Positions 43,391 through 55,401 of a stretch of 64,000 bases of DNA are shown here, piece by piece. Made by a program: the position numbers and the translations under genes. Each line of letters opens with the position of its first letter. The first letter of the stretch is position 1. The DNA lies in assembly GCA_963749075.1 (NCBI GenBank), contig CAVVLJ010000016.1:480001-544000 (forward strand), in the 5' to 3' direction. The notes beneath the pieces were generated by a model. The model saw only the letters and a program-made list of their open reading frames with translations. It ran no database searches and had not been told where the DNA came from. This DNA is from an uncultured Pseudomonadota bacterium. Its GTDB lineage: Bacteria; Pseudomonadota; Alphaproteobacteria; JACZXZ01.

Positions 43391-45799
43391 TCAGCCGGCA
43401 TGATCCTCGTCCTTCGTGGCAAGCAGCGCACCGAGCGCGCCGATACTCATCGGCAGCGATGCGGTATGCAGGCCGAGCGGCGCCAGCGCATCGTTGACCG
43501 CACTCGCAACCGCCGCCGGTGCGCCGAGATAGCCCGCCTCGCCCGAGCCCTTCTGCCCGAAGGTGGTGAGCGGGGAAGGGGTGGCGTGGTCGACGATGGC
43601 GATGTCGGGCACCTCGTGCGAGGTGGGAATGAGATAGTCCATGAACGAGCCATTCAGGAGCTGGCCGTTGCCGTCGTACTCGAAGCGCTCGTAGAGCGCA
43701 GCGCCGATGCCGTGCGCGATGCCGCCGCAGGTCATGCCGTGGACGATGTCGGGATTGATCATCACGCCGCAGTCGTGGCCGACGAAATATCTCTTGAGCT
43801 TGGTCTGGCCGGTGATGCGGTCGACCTCGGCATAGACGAGGTGCGCCTCGAAGGCGTAGCAGGGATACATCTGCACGCGCCCGTCCGGCCCCGGCAAGCC
43901 GCCGCCGCCCGGCACCTGCCAGACCGAGAGCGCCTGCAGCCCCGGCTCGGCGCCGGGCGGCAGCGCGTGGAAGCGGCGATGCGCGATGTCGACGAGCTGG
44001 CTCCAGGCGAGCTTGCGCGCGGCATCGCCGCGGGCGCTCACGTCACCGTCGGCATAGAGGCAGGCCTCGGGTGCCAGGCCGAGATTGTGCGCGGCGATGG
44101 CGACGAGCTGCGTTTTCAGCTTGCGCGCGGCCTCCGCCGCGGCACCGCCCAGCATGATCGCCATGCGGCTGCCGACCGGGCTGTTGCTGGGGAGTGCAGC
44201 GAGGGAGTCGGCATGGACCACGCGGATGCTCTCCGGATCGCGCTCGAGGATCTCGCCGACCACGGTCGCGACCAGCGTCTCGTGGCCCTGGCCGGAGGAT
44301 GACGTCGCCATCGCGGCCACCACCGCTCCGGTCAGGTCGATCTTCACCTGACAGGATTCCATCCAGGTGGTGGTCTGGTTCTTGGGGTTGAGAAGCGGCT
44401 CGAAGGCGGCATTGCCGCCGCTCGGCTCGAGACAGCAGGAAAGACCGATGCCGGCAAGCCGGCCGGCCGTGCGCGCGGCGTCCCTCTCGCGGACGAGCGC
44501 CGGCCAACCGGCGGCGGCGAGCAGCTTCTCCAGCACTGCATGGTAATCGCCGCTGTCGTAGGTGCTGCCGCTCGGGATCCTGTAGGGGAACTCCTCCTTG
44601 CGGATGAAATTGCGGCGGCGCAGCTCGACGCGGTCCAAGCCGAGCCGGCGCGCCACGAGGTCCATGCCCGTCTCGATGGCGAAGTTGGTCGGCGACTGGC
44701 CGAAGCCGCGCACCGCCTCCTGCGGCGTCTTGTTGGTGCTGACGGAGATCGGCTCGTATTCCACGCTTGCGATGCGATAGGGCCCGACAATGGCGCCGAT
44801 GGGCTTGCCGAGCTGGAGCGGCGCGCGGCCGGCGTAGGCGCCCACGTCGTCGAGCGCCCGCATCCTCATGGCGCGCACGATGCCGTCGCCGTCGAAGGCC
44901 ATCTCTATGTCGAAGATGCGGTCGGGTCCGTGCGCGTCGCCGCCGCGCATGTTGTCGAGGCGGTCCTCCAGGAGGCGCACGGGCCGGCCGAGCTTGCGCG
45001 CGAGATAGCCCGCGAGGATGGCGTGCTTGAGCCCGCGCTTGACGCCGTAGCTGCCGCCCACGTCGACGTCGAAATGAACGCGCACGGCGCTTCCCGGCAG
45101 GCGCAGATGGCGGGCCAGGTGATCGGGGAATTTCGGCATCTGGATGGAGGCCCAGACGTCGAGGAGCTGCTGCGCCGGGCTCCAGCGCGCGAGCACCCCG
45201 AAGGTCTCGATCGGCACGGTGGCGCTGCGGTGCCAGCGCGCGCGATAGGCGATCCTGTGCGCCGCCGCGGCGAAGTCGTCCTCGACCGGGCCCCAGACGA
45301 ACTTGCGCCGGTAGAAGAGGTTGCTGCCGTGATCGGGATGGACGGGCGGCGAGGTGTCGAGCAGCGCCGCCTCGGGGTCGACGACGTGGGGCAGCGGCTC
45401 GTAGTCGACCTCGACCATCTCGGCCGCATCCTCGGCGAGCGCGCGGCTCGCAGCCACGACGGCCGCCACCCATTCGCCGACGTAGCGCGCGGAGCCGCGC
45501 GCGAGCGGATAGCGGCGCACATTGGGAAGGTCGATGCCGCTGAAGATCGCTTCGGTCGAGCGGGCGAGCTCGTCGCCGGTGAGCACGGCCGCGACGCCGG
45601 CAAGGCGCAGTGCCGGCGAGGCATCGATCGAGAGGATGCGCGCGGCAGGGTAGGGGCTTGCCACCAGCGCCACGTGCAAGGTGCCGGGAAGGGCGATGTC
45701 GGCGACGAAGCGGCCGGCGCCCGCGACGAAGCGGCGATCCTCCTTCGCCCGCCGCTTGCGGCCGATATAGCGGAAGGCGCCTGGGGCTTCAGCGCTCAA
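43391..45799 (-). CDS. Xanthine dehydrogenase/CoxL-family molybdopterin subunit
   Basis: [42 protein letters not shown]. Confidence 0.9.
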   Translation of the reverse strand: MSAEAPGAFRYIGRKRRAKEDRRFVAGAGRFVADIALPGTLHVALVASPYPAARILSIDASPALRLAGVAAVLTGDELARSTEAIFSGIDLPNVRRYPLARGSARYVGEWVAAVVAASRALAEDAAEMVEVDYEPLPHVVDPEAALLDTSPPVHPDHGSNLFYRRKFVWGPVEDDFAAAAHRIAYRARWHRSATVPIETFGVLARWSPAQQLLDVWASIQMPKFPDHLARHLRLPGSAVRVHFDVDVGGSYGVKRGLKHAILAGYLARKLGRPVRLLEDRLDNMRGGDAHGPDRIFDIEMAFDGDGIVRAMRMRALDDVGAYAGRAPLQLGKPIGAIVGPYRIASVEYEPISVSTNKTPQEAVRGFGQSPTNFAIETGMDLVARRLGLDRVELRRRNFIRKEEFPYRIPSGSTYDSGDYHAVLEKLLAAAGWPALVRERDAARTAGRLAGIGLSCCLEPSGGNAAFEPLLNPKNQTTTWMESCQVKIDLTGAVVAAMATSSSGQGHETLVATVVGEILERDPESIRVVHADSLAALPSNSPVGSRMAIMLGGAAAEAARKLKTQLVAIAAHNLGLAPEACLYADGDVSARGDAARKLAWSQLVDIAHRRFHALPPGAEPGLQALSVWQVPGGGGLPGPDGRVQMYPCYAFEAHLVYAEVDRITGQTKLKRYFVGHDCGVMINPDIVHGMTCGGIAHGIGAALYERFEYDGNGQLLNGSFMDYLIPTSHEVPDIAIVDHATPSPLTTFGQKGSGEAGYLGAPAAVASAVNDALAPLGLHTASLPMSIGALGALLATKDEDHAG

Positions 45800-46299
45800 T
45801 GGCAGCCTCCCGCGGCTCGTTGGCGCCGCGCAAACGCTCGGCCGCAAGGGCGATCGCCTCGACGATCTGCTTGTAGCCGGTGCAGCGGCAGAGATTGCCG
45901 CCGATCGCCTCCCGGATCTCCTCTTCGCTCGGAGCGCCGTTTCGCGCAAGCAGCGCGTGCGCCGCGATCAGCATGCCGGGCGTGCAATAGCCGCACTGCA
46001 AGGCATGGGTTTCGCAGAACGAGTTCCTGCAGCACGGAGAGCCCCTCCGCGTCGGGTGCCAGGCCCTCCACGGTGACGACGGCGCTGCCGTCGAGCTGGG
46101 CCGCGAAGAGGAGGCAGGCGCGCACCGGCTCGCCGTCGAGCAGCACGGAGCAGGCGCCGCAGACGCCGTGCTCGCAGCCGACATGCGTGCCGGTGAGTGC
46201 CAACGTCTCGCGCAGGAAATCGACCAGGGTGAGCCGCGCCGCCACGCGCGCGCGCTGCAGCTTGCCGTTCACGTTCAGCGCGATGTCATGCTCCGACAC
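45789..46299 (-). CDS. (2Fe-2S) subunit, CoxS-like (frameshift near 46024)
   Basis: [10 protein letters not shown] in one frame; QCGYCTPGM and GNLCRCTGY in the next. Confidence 0.85.
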
Positions 46300-46303
46300 C
46301 GGA

Positions 46304-47188
46304 TCAGCTCCTCTCCGCGCGCGCTTCGGCGCGCGCTTCGGCGAGTGCCCTCGCGACCAGCGCCGCCGCCATGCGCCGACGGTGGGCGGCACTCGCGTGG
46401 AGATCGTCCGTCGCCTCGATGGTCTCGCGCGCGAGGCGCGCGGCCTCGGCGATCGCCGCGTCCTCGAGCCGCGTCCCGAGCAGCATGGCCTCGACCGCGG
46501 CAAGCCGCACCGGCGTGGCGCCGGTGCCGCCGACCGCGACGGCGAGGCTTCGGCAGACGCCGCCGCCGTCGAGCCCAAGCTCGACCGCCGCGGCCGCCAG
46601 CGCGAAGTCGCTCCGCCGGATGCTGGTCTCCTGGAAGCCCGTGCCGCGGGCGCCGCCGCCCTCGGGCAGAGGAAAGCGCACCGCGGTCAGGCACTCGTCG
46701 GGCTCGAGGGCCGTGACCAGCGGGCCTGCGAAGAAGCGGGCGGCCGGGATGGTGCGTGCGGCTGCTGCCGACCGCACCTCGATCTCGGCATCGAGTGCGA
46801 GTGTCGCGAGCCCGATCTCGGCCGCGGGATCGCCGTGTGCCAAGCTTCCGCCGACGGTGCCGCGGTTGCGCGTCTGAACATGGCCCACGAAGCGAAGCGC
46901 CTTGGCGAGGAGCGGCAGGCGCCGGCGCACCGTGGCGTCGGCCAGCGCGCGCGCCTGGCGCGTGCAGGCGCGGATGGCGACGAAGCCGGCCGCTTCCTCG
47001 ATTCCCGCGAGCTCGGGGATGCGGTTGATGTCGATGAGAAGTGCGGGCCGTGCCAAGCGCATTGCCAGAAGCGGCACCAGCGTCTGGCCGCCGGCGATGA
47101 TCTTGGCGTCGTCCTTGGCTGCCGCCAGCAGGCCGCAAGCCTCGGCGAGAGTGTCGGGGCGCCGGTAATCGAAATCGATCGCCTTCAT
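46304..47188 (-). CDS. FAD-binding subunit, CoxM-like
   Basis: IAGGQTLVP, QTRNRGTVGGSLAHGDP. Confidence 0.9.
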   Translation of the reverse strand: MKAIDFDYRRPDTLAEACGLLAAAKDDAKIIAGGQTLVPLLAMRLARPALLIDINRIPELAGIEEAAGFVAIRACTRQARALADATVRRRLPLLAKALRFVGHVQTRNRGTVGGSLAHGDPAAEIGLATLALDAEIEVRSAAAARTIPAARFFAGPLVTALEPDECLTAVRFPLPEGGGARGTGFQETSIRRSDFALAAAAVELGLDGGGVCRSLAVAVGGTGATPVRLAAVEAMLLGTRLEDAAIAEAARLARETIEATDDLHASAAHRRRMAAALVARALAEARAEARAERS

Positions 47189-47458
47189 GGCGGCTCACTA
47201 TAGTGCGCGGGAACCCGATGGGCGAACACGAGGACCTTCCGGCATCATGCGACATCATAGACTGGATTTTCATCATACGAAAGAAGACCCGGAAAGGAGG
47301 TACTCAGGTGGCGAGCACCCCTGGCTTGCCGGCCGTGAGCCTCACTTGCCTGGCGCCCACTTATTTTACATTGCCGTGTGATATGCCATTATGCGGAAGG
47401 CAGCAGCCGCAGCCGTGGATGGCCGCGCATACAAGCCAGGAGCGGAGGGCAAGCGAGC

Positions 47459-49256
47459 ATGGCGCGCATGAAGGGTGGCGAGCTCATCGCCGAGTTCCTG
47501 ATCCGCGAGAAGATACCGTATCTTTTCGGCATCTGCGGCCATGGCAACGTCGGACTTCTGGACGCGCTCTACGACGTGCGCGACAAGATCAAGCTGGTCT
47601 CGCCGCGCCACGAGCAAGTCGCCGGCCATATGGCCGACGGCTATTTCCGCGTCAAGCACCGGCCGGCGGCGACGCTCACCTCCTGCGGCCCGGGATCGGC
47701 CAACCTGGTGATGGCGCTCGCGGTCGCCCAGACGGATTCCTCGGCGTTCTTGGCCCTCACCGCCAATGTGCCGACCTCGCAGTTCAACCGCAGCCCGTTC
47801 CAGGAGCTCAACCGCCACAACCAGGCGGACTTCCCAAACGTGGTCCGGCCGGTGGTGAAGCGCAGCTTCCAGCCCTCGCGGGTCGACATGCTGCCGCTGG
47901 CCCTGCGCCAGGCGGTGACGACGATGACGAGCGGCCGGCCCGGGCCGGTCAACGTCGACATTCCCTTCAATCTCTTCCAGGAGGAAGCCGAGGTCACCCT
48001 CGAGCCCGTCTGGGACGGTTTCAACAAGCGGCGCAGCGGGGCGGCACCCGACGACATCAGGCGCTCTGCGGACATGATCCTCGCGGCGCGCCGCCCGGCC
48101 GTCTTCATCGGCCATGGCGTGACACTCTCGGAGGGCGGCAAGGAGCTGACCGAGCTCGCACACAAGTTGGCACTGCCGGTGCTGAGCTCGCCCAACGGCA
48201 TGGGCTGCCTCGATATGGCCGACCCGCTCTCGCTCGGCTTCATCGGCCGCAACGGCGCCTATCCCGCGAACCAGGCTGGGCGCCACGCCGATCTCGTGCT
48301 CGCTATCGGCGTGCGTTTCGACGACCGCTCCTCCTCCTCGTGGCTGCCCGGTTATTCGTGGAATTTCCCCGCGACCCAGCTCATTCACGTCGACCTCGAC
48401 CACGCCGAGCTCGGACGCAACTACGCCCCCGATCTCGCCATCCTCGCCGACGCGCGCACCTTCCTCCAGCAGCTCCTCGCCGAGCTCGCCGCGCGTAAAG
48501 CCCCGGCACCGGCCGAGCTCGCCCCCTGGCATGCCGAGATCGCCAAGTGGCGCTCCGAGTGGGAGGCCTTCGTGCGGCCCAATTTCGCCATCCATGCCTC
48601 GCCCATGCGGCCGGAGCGCGTCGTCGCGGATTGCCGGGCCGTGCTTCCCGACGACGCCATCCTGTCGCTCGATTTCGGGCGTCCATCACAATTGGTACAT
48701 GCAGTTCTGGCAGGCGCGCCAACCGCAGACCATGCTCAACACCTGGGGCTTCTCCGGCATGGGCTTCGGCCCCTCTTCGATCCTCGGCGCCAAGCTCGCG
48801 GCACCCGAGCGCGCTTGCGTGGCCGTGTGCGGCGACGGCGGCTTCACCATGGTGCCGCACGTGCTCTGCACCGCGGTCGAGTACGACATCCCCGTCGTGT
48901 GGGTGGTGTGGAACAATTTCTCCTGGGCTGCCATCCGCGACATCCAGTACGGCCTCTTCGACGGGCGCGAGCTCGGCACCGCCTTCTACCAGGGCCCCAA
49001 CAACAAGCCCTACAATCCGGATTTCGCCGCCTGGGCGCGCGCGTGCGGGGTCGAGGGCGTCACGGTCGCCAAGTCGGAGGACTTCAAGGGCGCTCTCGAG
49101 CACGCGGTCAAGCTCGGCAAGCCGTGCCTGATCGACGCCCACGTCGACGCCAACATCCGGCCGCCCTCGACCGGGACCTGGGCGCTGCCGCCGACGCCGC
49201 ACAAGGATCCCGTGTTCGGCAGCAAGCACCTGCCCGCGGCCGCCGGGGGAGAGTGA
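47459..49256 (+). CDS. Thiamine-pyrophosphate-dependent enzyme (acetolactate synthase-like; frameshift near 48674)
   Basis: GICGHGN, RHEQ.A.HMADGY, GPG..N; GDGG...NN TPP motif in the second frame. Confidence 0.85.
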
Positions 49257-49287
49257 GCGCCGAGTGCGGCGGCAACAGGAGACCGTC

Positions 49288-49674
49288 ATGGCAAAGAGAA
49301 TTCAGCGAGCCCTCGTCCGCAACATCGCCGAGGTGCCGTGGGACGAGCTTCCCGGCCACTTCGGCGGCGCCCTGTCGAAGCTCCTGGTCGATCCCGGCAG
49401 CGCCGGCTCGCGCCATCTCGACCACCGCATCTCGACCTACCAGCCGAGGGCGTACGTGGCGCCCCATCGCCACAAGGTGCAGGAGCAGGTCTATCACCTG
49501 CTCGCCGGCGAGGGGCTCATGGAGATCGACGGCGAGCGCCGGGTGGTGCGCGCGCACGACGTCATCTTCATCCCGCCGGGAGTCGAGCATGCCATCTACA
49601 ATACCGGCCTGGCACCCTTGACCTTCATCGTCGTCACCTCGCCGGTGAGCGACGACGAGCCGGTCGAGGTCTAG
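49288..49674 (+). CDS. Cupin domain protein
   Basis: PHRH..QEQVY..L.GEG, IPPGVEHAI.NTG. Confidence 0.85.
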   Translation: MAKRIQRALVRNIAEVPWDELPGHFGGALSKLLVDPGSAGSRHLDHRISTYQPRAYVAPHRHKVQEQVYHLLAGEGLMEIDGERRVVRAHDVIFIPPGVEHAIYNTGLAPLTFIVVTSPVSDDEPVEV

Positions 49675-49702
49675 CGCCGCCCGGCGCGGCAGGCAGAAGG
49701 AG

Positions 49703-50575
49703 ATGACCGAAGTGAAGAAAGCCGCCGACGCGCACAGCTTGGCCGAGGACGAGGCGGACGCCGGCGGCGGCCGCGAGCGCGGCGGCATCCAGTCGCTCGA
49801 GCGCGCCTTCGCCCTTCTCGAGGAGATCGCCGAGAGCCGCGACGGCATCAGCCTCGCGGAGCTCAGCAAGCGCGTCGGGCTGCACAACAGCACGACCTTT
49901 CACCTGGTCAAGACGATGGTCTCGCTCGGTTACGTCGAGCAGCTCCGCCAATCGAAGCGCTACCGCGTCGGGCGCCGCCTCTTCACCCTGGCCGCCGGCG
50001 CTCTGAACGAGATCGAGCTGGTCGGGCTCGCCACGCCCGCGCTCGAGAGGTTGACGCGGGAGACCGGGGAATGCAGCCACTTCGCCGTGCGCTCGGGCGA
50101 CAATATCGTCGTGCTCGCGCGGACCGCCGGCAGCGGCATCTTCCAGATGGCGGACCGCATCGGCGTGGTGCGCCCCGCCCATTGCACGGCCCTCGGCAAG
50201 GTCCTCCTCGCAGCACTCTCCCCCGAGCAGCTCGAGCGCTACTTGCGCGCCCATCCGCTGGAGCGCTTCACGGCCAAGACGATCGTCGAGCACGAGCCGT
50301 TGTTGCGCGAGATCGACGGCGTGCGACGCGACGGCATCGCCTTCGACGACGGCGAGTTCGACGCCGAAGCGCGCTGCGTCGCCGTCGCGGTGCGCGACTT
50401 CACGGGCAAGGTCGCGGGCGCCATCGGCATCTCGGGACCGATCTGGCGCCTCTCGATCCAGGCGCTCCATGAGAAGGCCCAGCAGGTGCGCCTCGCCGCC
50501 GCCGGCCTCTCGCAGGAGCTCGGCTTCGCGGCCAAGCCCGCAGCCTCGGCCGAGGCGGCGCGCGCGACGAGCTGA
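49703..50575 (+). CDS. IclR-family transcriptional regulator
   Basis: IQSLERAFALLE HTH, PAHCTALGKVLLA, DDGE..RCVAV. Confidence 0.9.
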   Translation: MTEVKKAADAHSLAEDEADAGGGRERGGIQSLERAFALLEEIAESRDGISLAELSKRVGLHNSTTFHLVKTMVSLGYVEQLRQSKRYRVGRRLFTLAAGALNEIELVGLATPALERLTRETGECSHFAVRSGDNIVVLARTAGSGIFQMADRIGVVRPAHCTALGKVLLAALSPEQLERYLRAHPLERFTAKTIVEHEPLLREIDGVRRDGIAFDDGEFDAEARCVAVAVRDFTGKVAGAIGISGPIWRLSIQALHEKAQQVRLAAAGLSQELGFAAKPAASAEAARATS

Positions 50576-50604
50576 GCACCCTCGGGCGCGGCCCAGCCGC
50601 GGAC

Positions 50605-51033
50605 TCACCCCGGGCGCCGCAGCACCACGCGGCGCGAGAGCCGCAGCACGTTGCGGCCGCCGGTGCGGCTGTAGCACACCTCGTCCGCGAGCTCGCGCAC
50701 GATATGGAGGCCGAGGCGGCCGATCGGCCGCGCCTCGAGCGGGCGGTCGAGCTCCGGCGGCGGCTCGGCGAGCGGGTCGAACGCCGTGCCGTCGTCCGAG
50801 AACACGAGGGTCAGCCGGTCGCCCTCGAGCGACAGCATGAGCTCGGCCTCGAGGACCGGCATGCCCTCGGCGCGGCCGTATTTCATCACGTTGGTGAGGA
50901 GCTCGTCGGCGACGATCAGGAGGCGCGCGCGATCGGCGTCGTCGAGGCCGTGCTCGGCGGCGAAGGCGGCGATGAAGTCGCGCGCCTGCGACGTGGCGTT
51001 GCCCTCGGTGCGAAGGGCGAGGCGTGCCTGCAT
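50605..51033 (-). CDS. Anti-sigma factor/Ser kinase (RsbW-like)
   Basis: DELLTNVMKYG, DDG.AFDP, GRLGLHIVR. Confidence 0.85.
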   Translation of the reverse strand: MQARLALRTEGNATSQARDFIAAFAAEHGLDDADRARLLIVADELLTNVMKYGRAEGMPVLEAELMLSLEGDRLTLVFSDDGTAFDPLAEPPPELDRPLEARPIGRLGLHIVRELADEVCYSRTGGRNVLRLSRRVVLRRPG

Positions 51034-51190
51034 CCCCTGCTGCGCTCCCCTCGGAGCCGTACCCCCGCTGCCGCGGCGGCGCTCCAATAGCCAGTTTATC
51101 CGCCAGCGCCACCGCATTCCAACGGCCTTGCGCTGGATTCCGTCCCGACAACGCGCTAGCCTCTCGGAGCAACGAGCCGGGGAGAGCAGG

Positions 51191-51679
51191 ATGTCCGTCG
51201 TCCGCATGGTCGCGCGAGGCTGGCCGGGCTTGGTCGTGGCGGGCCTGGCCGCCGCGGTGCTCATGACGCTCTGCCTCGGGCCGGCCGTGGCCGCCGGGCC
51301 GCAGATCGGCATGGTGAAGACCGTGGCAGGAGACGCCGCGCTCTTGCGCGGGGGCAGCAAGCTCGCCGTCAAGGTGGGCGACCCGGTGTTCGAGAAGGAC
51401 ACGGTCGAGACCGGCCCGAACGGCACGATCGGCATCACCTTCATCGACAACACCGTGCTCTCGGCCGGCCCGAACAGCCGCCTCTCGCTCGAGGACTACA
51501 AGTTCGATTCGAGCAATTTCAAAGGCAGCATGCTCGCCGACATGCGCCAGGGCACGCTGGCCGTGGTCTCCGGCGACATCGCGCGGAGCTCGCCCGACGC
51601 CATGAAGATCAGGACGCCCGAGGCGATGCTCGCCGTGCGCGGCACGCGCTTCGTCGTCGAGGTGGGCGGGGGGCATTGA
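51191..51679 (+). CDS. FecR-domain exported protein
   Basis: IGMVKTVAG, GITFIDNT..S.GPNS, IRTP.A.LAVRGTRF. Confidence 0.8.
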   Translation: MSVVRMVARGWPGLVVAGLAAAVLMTLCLGPAVAAGPQIGMVKTVAGDAALLRGGSKLAVKVGDPVFEKDTVETGPNGTIGITFIDNTVLSAGPNSRLSLEDYKFDSSNFKGSMLADMRQGTLAVVSGDIARSSPDAMKIRTPEAMLAVRGTRFVVEVGGGH

Positions 51680-51682
51680 GCC

Positions 51683-52282
51683 ATGCGGCGGCTTCTCTCA
51701 GGCGTGCTCGCGGCACTGGCGCTCGCGGCGCTCGGAGCCTGCACGGCGCCCCGGCAGGAGCTCGTGGTCGTGCTGCCCAACCCGGGCGGCGGCTCGGGCG
51801 CGGTCACCCTCATCGAGGGCGGCACCTCGGTCCTCCTCGATCAGCCCTATGCCGCGGGCGAGGTGCGCGGCGGCGCTGCCGCCGCCGCCGCCGTCGGTCC
51901 CAACGACGTGCAGCAGATCTTCGGCCAGGCGCTCGCCGCAAGGCCCATTCTGCCGCGCCATTTCCTCCTCTATTTCATCAGCGACACGGACAAGCTCACG
52001 CCCGCCTCGATCCCGCAATACCGCGAGGTCTTCGCGGACATCAAGCGCCGCCCGGCCTACGAGGTCGAGGTCATCGGCCATACCGATACCCTCGGCGACA
52101 AGAGCTACAACCAGGCGCTCTCGCTCAAGCGGGCAGAGGCCATCCGCGACCAGCTCGTGCGCGACGGGCTCAACGCCAAGGCCATCTCGGTCGCCGGGCG
52201 CGGCGAGCTCGACCTCGCGGTCAAGACCGCCGATCAGGTTTCCGAGCCGCGCAACCGCCGAGTCGAGATCACGGTGCGCTGA
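51683..52282 (+). CDS. OmpA-family lipoprotein
   Basis: Lipobox LGAC; GHTD..G..YN.ALS.KRA, NRRVEI. Confidence 0.9.
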   Translation: MRRLLSGVLAALALAALGACTAPRQELVVVLPNPGGGSGAVTLIEGGTSVLLDQPYAAGEVRGGAAAAAAVGPNDVQQIFGQALAARPILPRHFLLYFISDTDKLTPASIPQYREVFADIKRRPAYEVEVIGHTDTLGDKSYNQALSLKRAEAIRDQLVRDGLNAKAISVAGRGELDLAVKTADQVSEPRNRRVEITVR

Positions 52283-54446
52283 TCAGCCTTCGTTCTGCGC
52301 CGGGCCGATCCAGTGCACCGCGAGCATGGTGATGTCGTCGGCCGGCTCGGCTTCGGCGGCGAAGCCGCGGATCTCGTCGCGCACGCAGTCCACGATCGCC
52401 TTGGCGCCGATCTTCGGTGCTGCGGCCAGGACACGCTGGAGGCGCTCCGAGGTGAAGAGGGCGCCCGTGGGGTCCATGGCCTCGGTGACGCCGTCGGTAT
52501 AGAGGAGGACGAGATCGCCGGCCTCGAGCTGGTGGCGGCCGACGGTATAGGGAAAGCCGTCGACGGTGCCGAGCGGCGGCCCGCCCTCCGTCGTGAGATG
52601 GCGGGGAGGTGCTCCCTCGCTGAGGACGAAGGGCGCGTCGTGTCCGGCATTGGCATAGACGACCACGCCGGTCTCCAAATCGAGCACGGCCGCGAAGGCG
52701 GTCACGAACATCATGTTGCCGCCGTCGGCGGCCAAGTCGTTGCTGGCGGCGGCGATGCGCGCGTTCGCCTCGGCCAGCACGAGGTCGAGCGCCTCGCCCT
52801 GCCGCGCGGTCGCCGGGCGCAGCACGCCCATGCTCATCGCCATGAGAAGGGCTGCCGGCACGCCGTGGCCCGAGACGTCGGCGATGACGAAGAAGAGGCG
52901 CTGCCCGTCGAGCATCACGGCGTCGTAGAGGTCGCCTCCCACCATGACGGCCGGCTCGATCAGGGCGTGAATCTCGAACGTCGTGCCGCTCGGGCGGGCC
53001 GGGGAAGCGCCGCGGCACGAGCCCCATCTGGATGGCGCGCGCCGCATCGAGCTCGCCTTCGAGGCGCAATTTGCCGGCATGCTCCTGGGCCAGCTCGACG
53101 GCGAGGCGCCGGCGCGCCGCCTCGGCGACGCGCAGTCCGGCTCCCAGCATGACGGCGAAGGTCGCGATCGACGCCAGGGCCGGATAGAGGCCGTCGAGCA
53201 GCAGGTTGCCGAAGCGGAAGGCCGCGAACTCGGAGCCGAGCAGCAGCACCACGATCCCGATGAGCGCAGCACTCGCAAGCTGCGGCCGCCAGTAGGGCAC
53301 GAGGAAGATCGTCGCCAGGCCGCCGGCGGCCGCGAGCAGTATCTCGACGCGGCCGAGCAGCGGGAAGCGGCGGAGAAGGTCTCCCGCGAGCATGGATTCG
53401 GCAAGCTGCGCGTGCACGACGACGCCCGGCATCGGGCCGAGCGGGGTCTGCCATACGTCGCTCAGCGCGAGACCCGTCACGCCGAGCAGCACGATCTGCC
53501 CTTCGAGGCCGGCGGGATCGTAGCGCCCGTCGAGAAGCTCCGCCGCGGGAACGTAGCCGACCGTTTGCGACGGCCTGAAGTGCGGATAGGCACGGGCACG
53601 GCGGTCCGTCGGGAGAAAGAAGTTGCCGAGTGTCACACCCTCGACGCCGTCGGCCAACGTCACGACCTCGAGCGAGCGAAATCCGAGCGCCACGCGGAGC
53701 GCCTCGAGGGCAAAGGCCGGCACCAGGTGGCCCTCGCCCTCGACGACGAGCGGAATGCTCCGCACGACGCCGTCGAAATCGGGCTCCGCGACCAGAGCGC
53801 CGCGCCCTTGCTCCGCGGCGGTGATCTCCGGCAGGTCGCGCACGAGCGTGCTGTAGGTGAAGAGGAATTTCCCCGGGTCCCCGCCCCTCTGCCGGATCAT
53901 CGTGACAGAGCTCGGCCCTCTTGCCGCCGGCGCCGGTCCGTTGGTCGGCAGGAGCCCGAGGACGGTCGGCACCATGCGCAGCGCGTACGCGAGGGCGGCT
54001 TCGTTCGGCGGCAATTGCGCGAGCTCGTGGGCGATCGGCGCCGGTATCTCCGGCACCGCCTCGACCAGCCGCGACGGCGACAGGCGGTCCGGCTCGAGAA
54101 AGGCGATGTCGACCGCAAGGACGCGCGGGTGGCCGGCCGCGATCGCCCGCACCAGCCGCGCCACGAGCGTGCGCGGCCACGGCCATTGGCCGAACTGGCG
54201 CAGGCTCGTCTCGTCGATGGCGACGATGTGCACGGGCAAGGTCTCGGCCGGCCGCGGGCGGAGTCGCGCCTCGATGTCGAAGCCGCGCAGCCTGATCTCG
54301 CCGAGAATGGCCGGATCGATGAAGCGCAGGAGCACGACGAGCGCCAGCACCGCGAGCGCCGCCAGGCGTCCGGGTGCCGCGAGGCCGTCGCGCAGGCGTG
54401 CCAGCAGCCGTGCCGCGCGCCCCCAGCCCTTGCCCTCAGAGACCAA
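52283..54446 (-). CDS. CHASE2 sensor + SpoIIE (PP2C) phosphatase (frameshift near 52977)
   Basis: IVAIDE.SL..GQWPWPR, DFDGVVR, MPGV.VHA; VGGDLYD, IADVSGHG, NAGH, YTDGVTEA, DDIT. Confidence 0.85.
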
Positions 54447-55401
54447 TCTCGAGCCCGTCGTAAGCGGTGCTGACGATCACCTTGTGCTTGACCCGGCTGA
54501 TCTCCTCGTAGCGGCGCGTCTCGGCGAGGATGGTCTCGATCGCGCGGTCGTCGAAGGCCGGCTCGTGGTGGTAGAGCACGAGGTGCTTGACCCGGGCGAG
54601 CTGTGCCAGCTCGACCGCGATCATGTTGCTCGAGTGGCCCCAGTCCTCCTTGACCGAGACCACGTCGGCAAGCGAGTACATGGCATCGAAGATCAGGAGG
54701 TCGGCATCGCGGTAGAAGCCGATGAAGGGGTAGCTCTCGTCGAGCACGTCGAACTTGTGCTCGCAGTCCGTCGAATAGACGACGCTCTTGCCCGCCTTCG
54801 AGAAGCGGTAGCCGTAGGAATCGCCGGCGTGGCGCTGCAGGAGCGCCCTGACCGAGAGCCCGGCGATCTCGTAGTCGCGCCCGGGCTCGAGCTCGACGAA
54901 CTCGATGGTCGCCCCGAGGGCGCTGAAATGCACGGGAAAGCACGGGTCCGATTGCTGGCGCAGGAGCGCCTCGCGCAGCACCTTGTGGCAGCCGTGGATG
55001 CGGATGACGTTGCCGGGAATATAGGCCGGCGTGAAGAACGGGAACCCCATGATGTGGTCCCAATGCACGTGGGAGAGGAAGACGTTGAAGCGGTGCTTGC
55101 GCGCCGGCCCGTGCTCGCCGAGCACGCGGTTGCCGAACTCGCGCACGCCGGTGCCGAGGTCGCAGAGCACGTACTCCTGGCCGCCGACGATCTCGACGCA
55201 GCTCGAATTGCCGCCGAAGGTGCCGCCGATCGAGAAGGGCAGCTCGCGCTCGATGAAGGCGTCGATCGCAGCCGGCCCGTCGAGGTGGCGGCCGCGCGCC
55301 GCGAGCAGCGCCTCGCGGAGCTTGTTGCGGAACGCCTGGTTGGTGAGCGGCGTCGGCAGCGAGCCGCGGGTGCCCCAGAAGCGGATCAGCATGGCCGTCA
55401 A
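54436..55401 (-). CDS. MBL-fold metallo-hydrolase
   Basis: FWGTRGS, GGNSSCV, D.GTG, SHVHWDH, WGHS, YHHEP. Confidence 0.9.
   Translation of the reverse strand: MTAMLIRFWGTRGSLPTPLTNQAFRNKLREALLAARGRHLDGPAAIDAFIERELPFSIGGTFGGNSSCVEIVGGQEYVLCDLGTGVREFGNRVLGEHGPARKHRFNVFLSHVHWDHIMGFPFFTPAYIPGNVIRIHGCHKVLREALLRQQSDPCFPVHFSALGATIEFVELEPGRDYEIAGLSVRALLQRHAGDSYGYRFSKAGKSVVYSTDCEHKFDVLDESYPFIGFYRDADLLIFDAMYSLADVVSVKEDWGHSSNMIAVELAQLARVKHLVLYHHEPAFDDRAIETILAETRRYEEISRVKHKVIVSTAYDGLEIGL

Noticed and set aside
43391-47188. Aerobic CO dehydrogenase (coxMSL)
   Set aside because: Active-site loop is AVRGFG, not AYxCSFR, and no cox accessory genes are present
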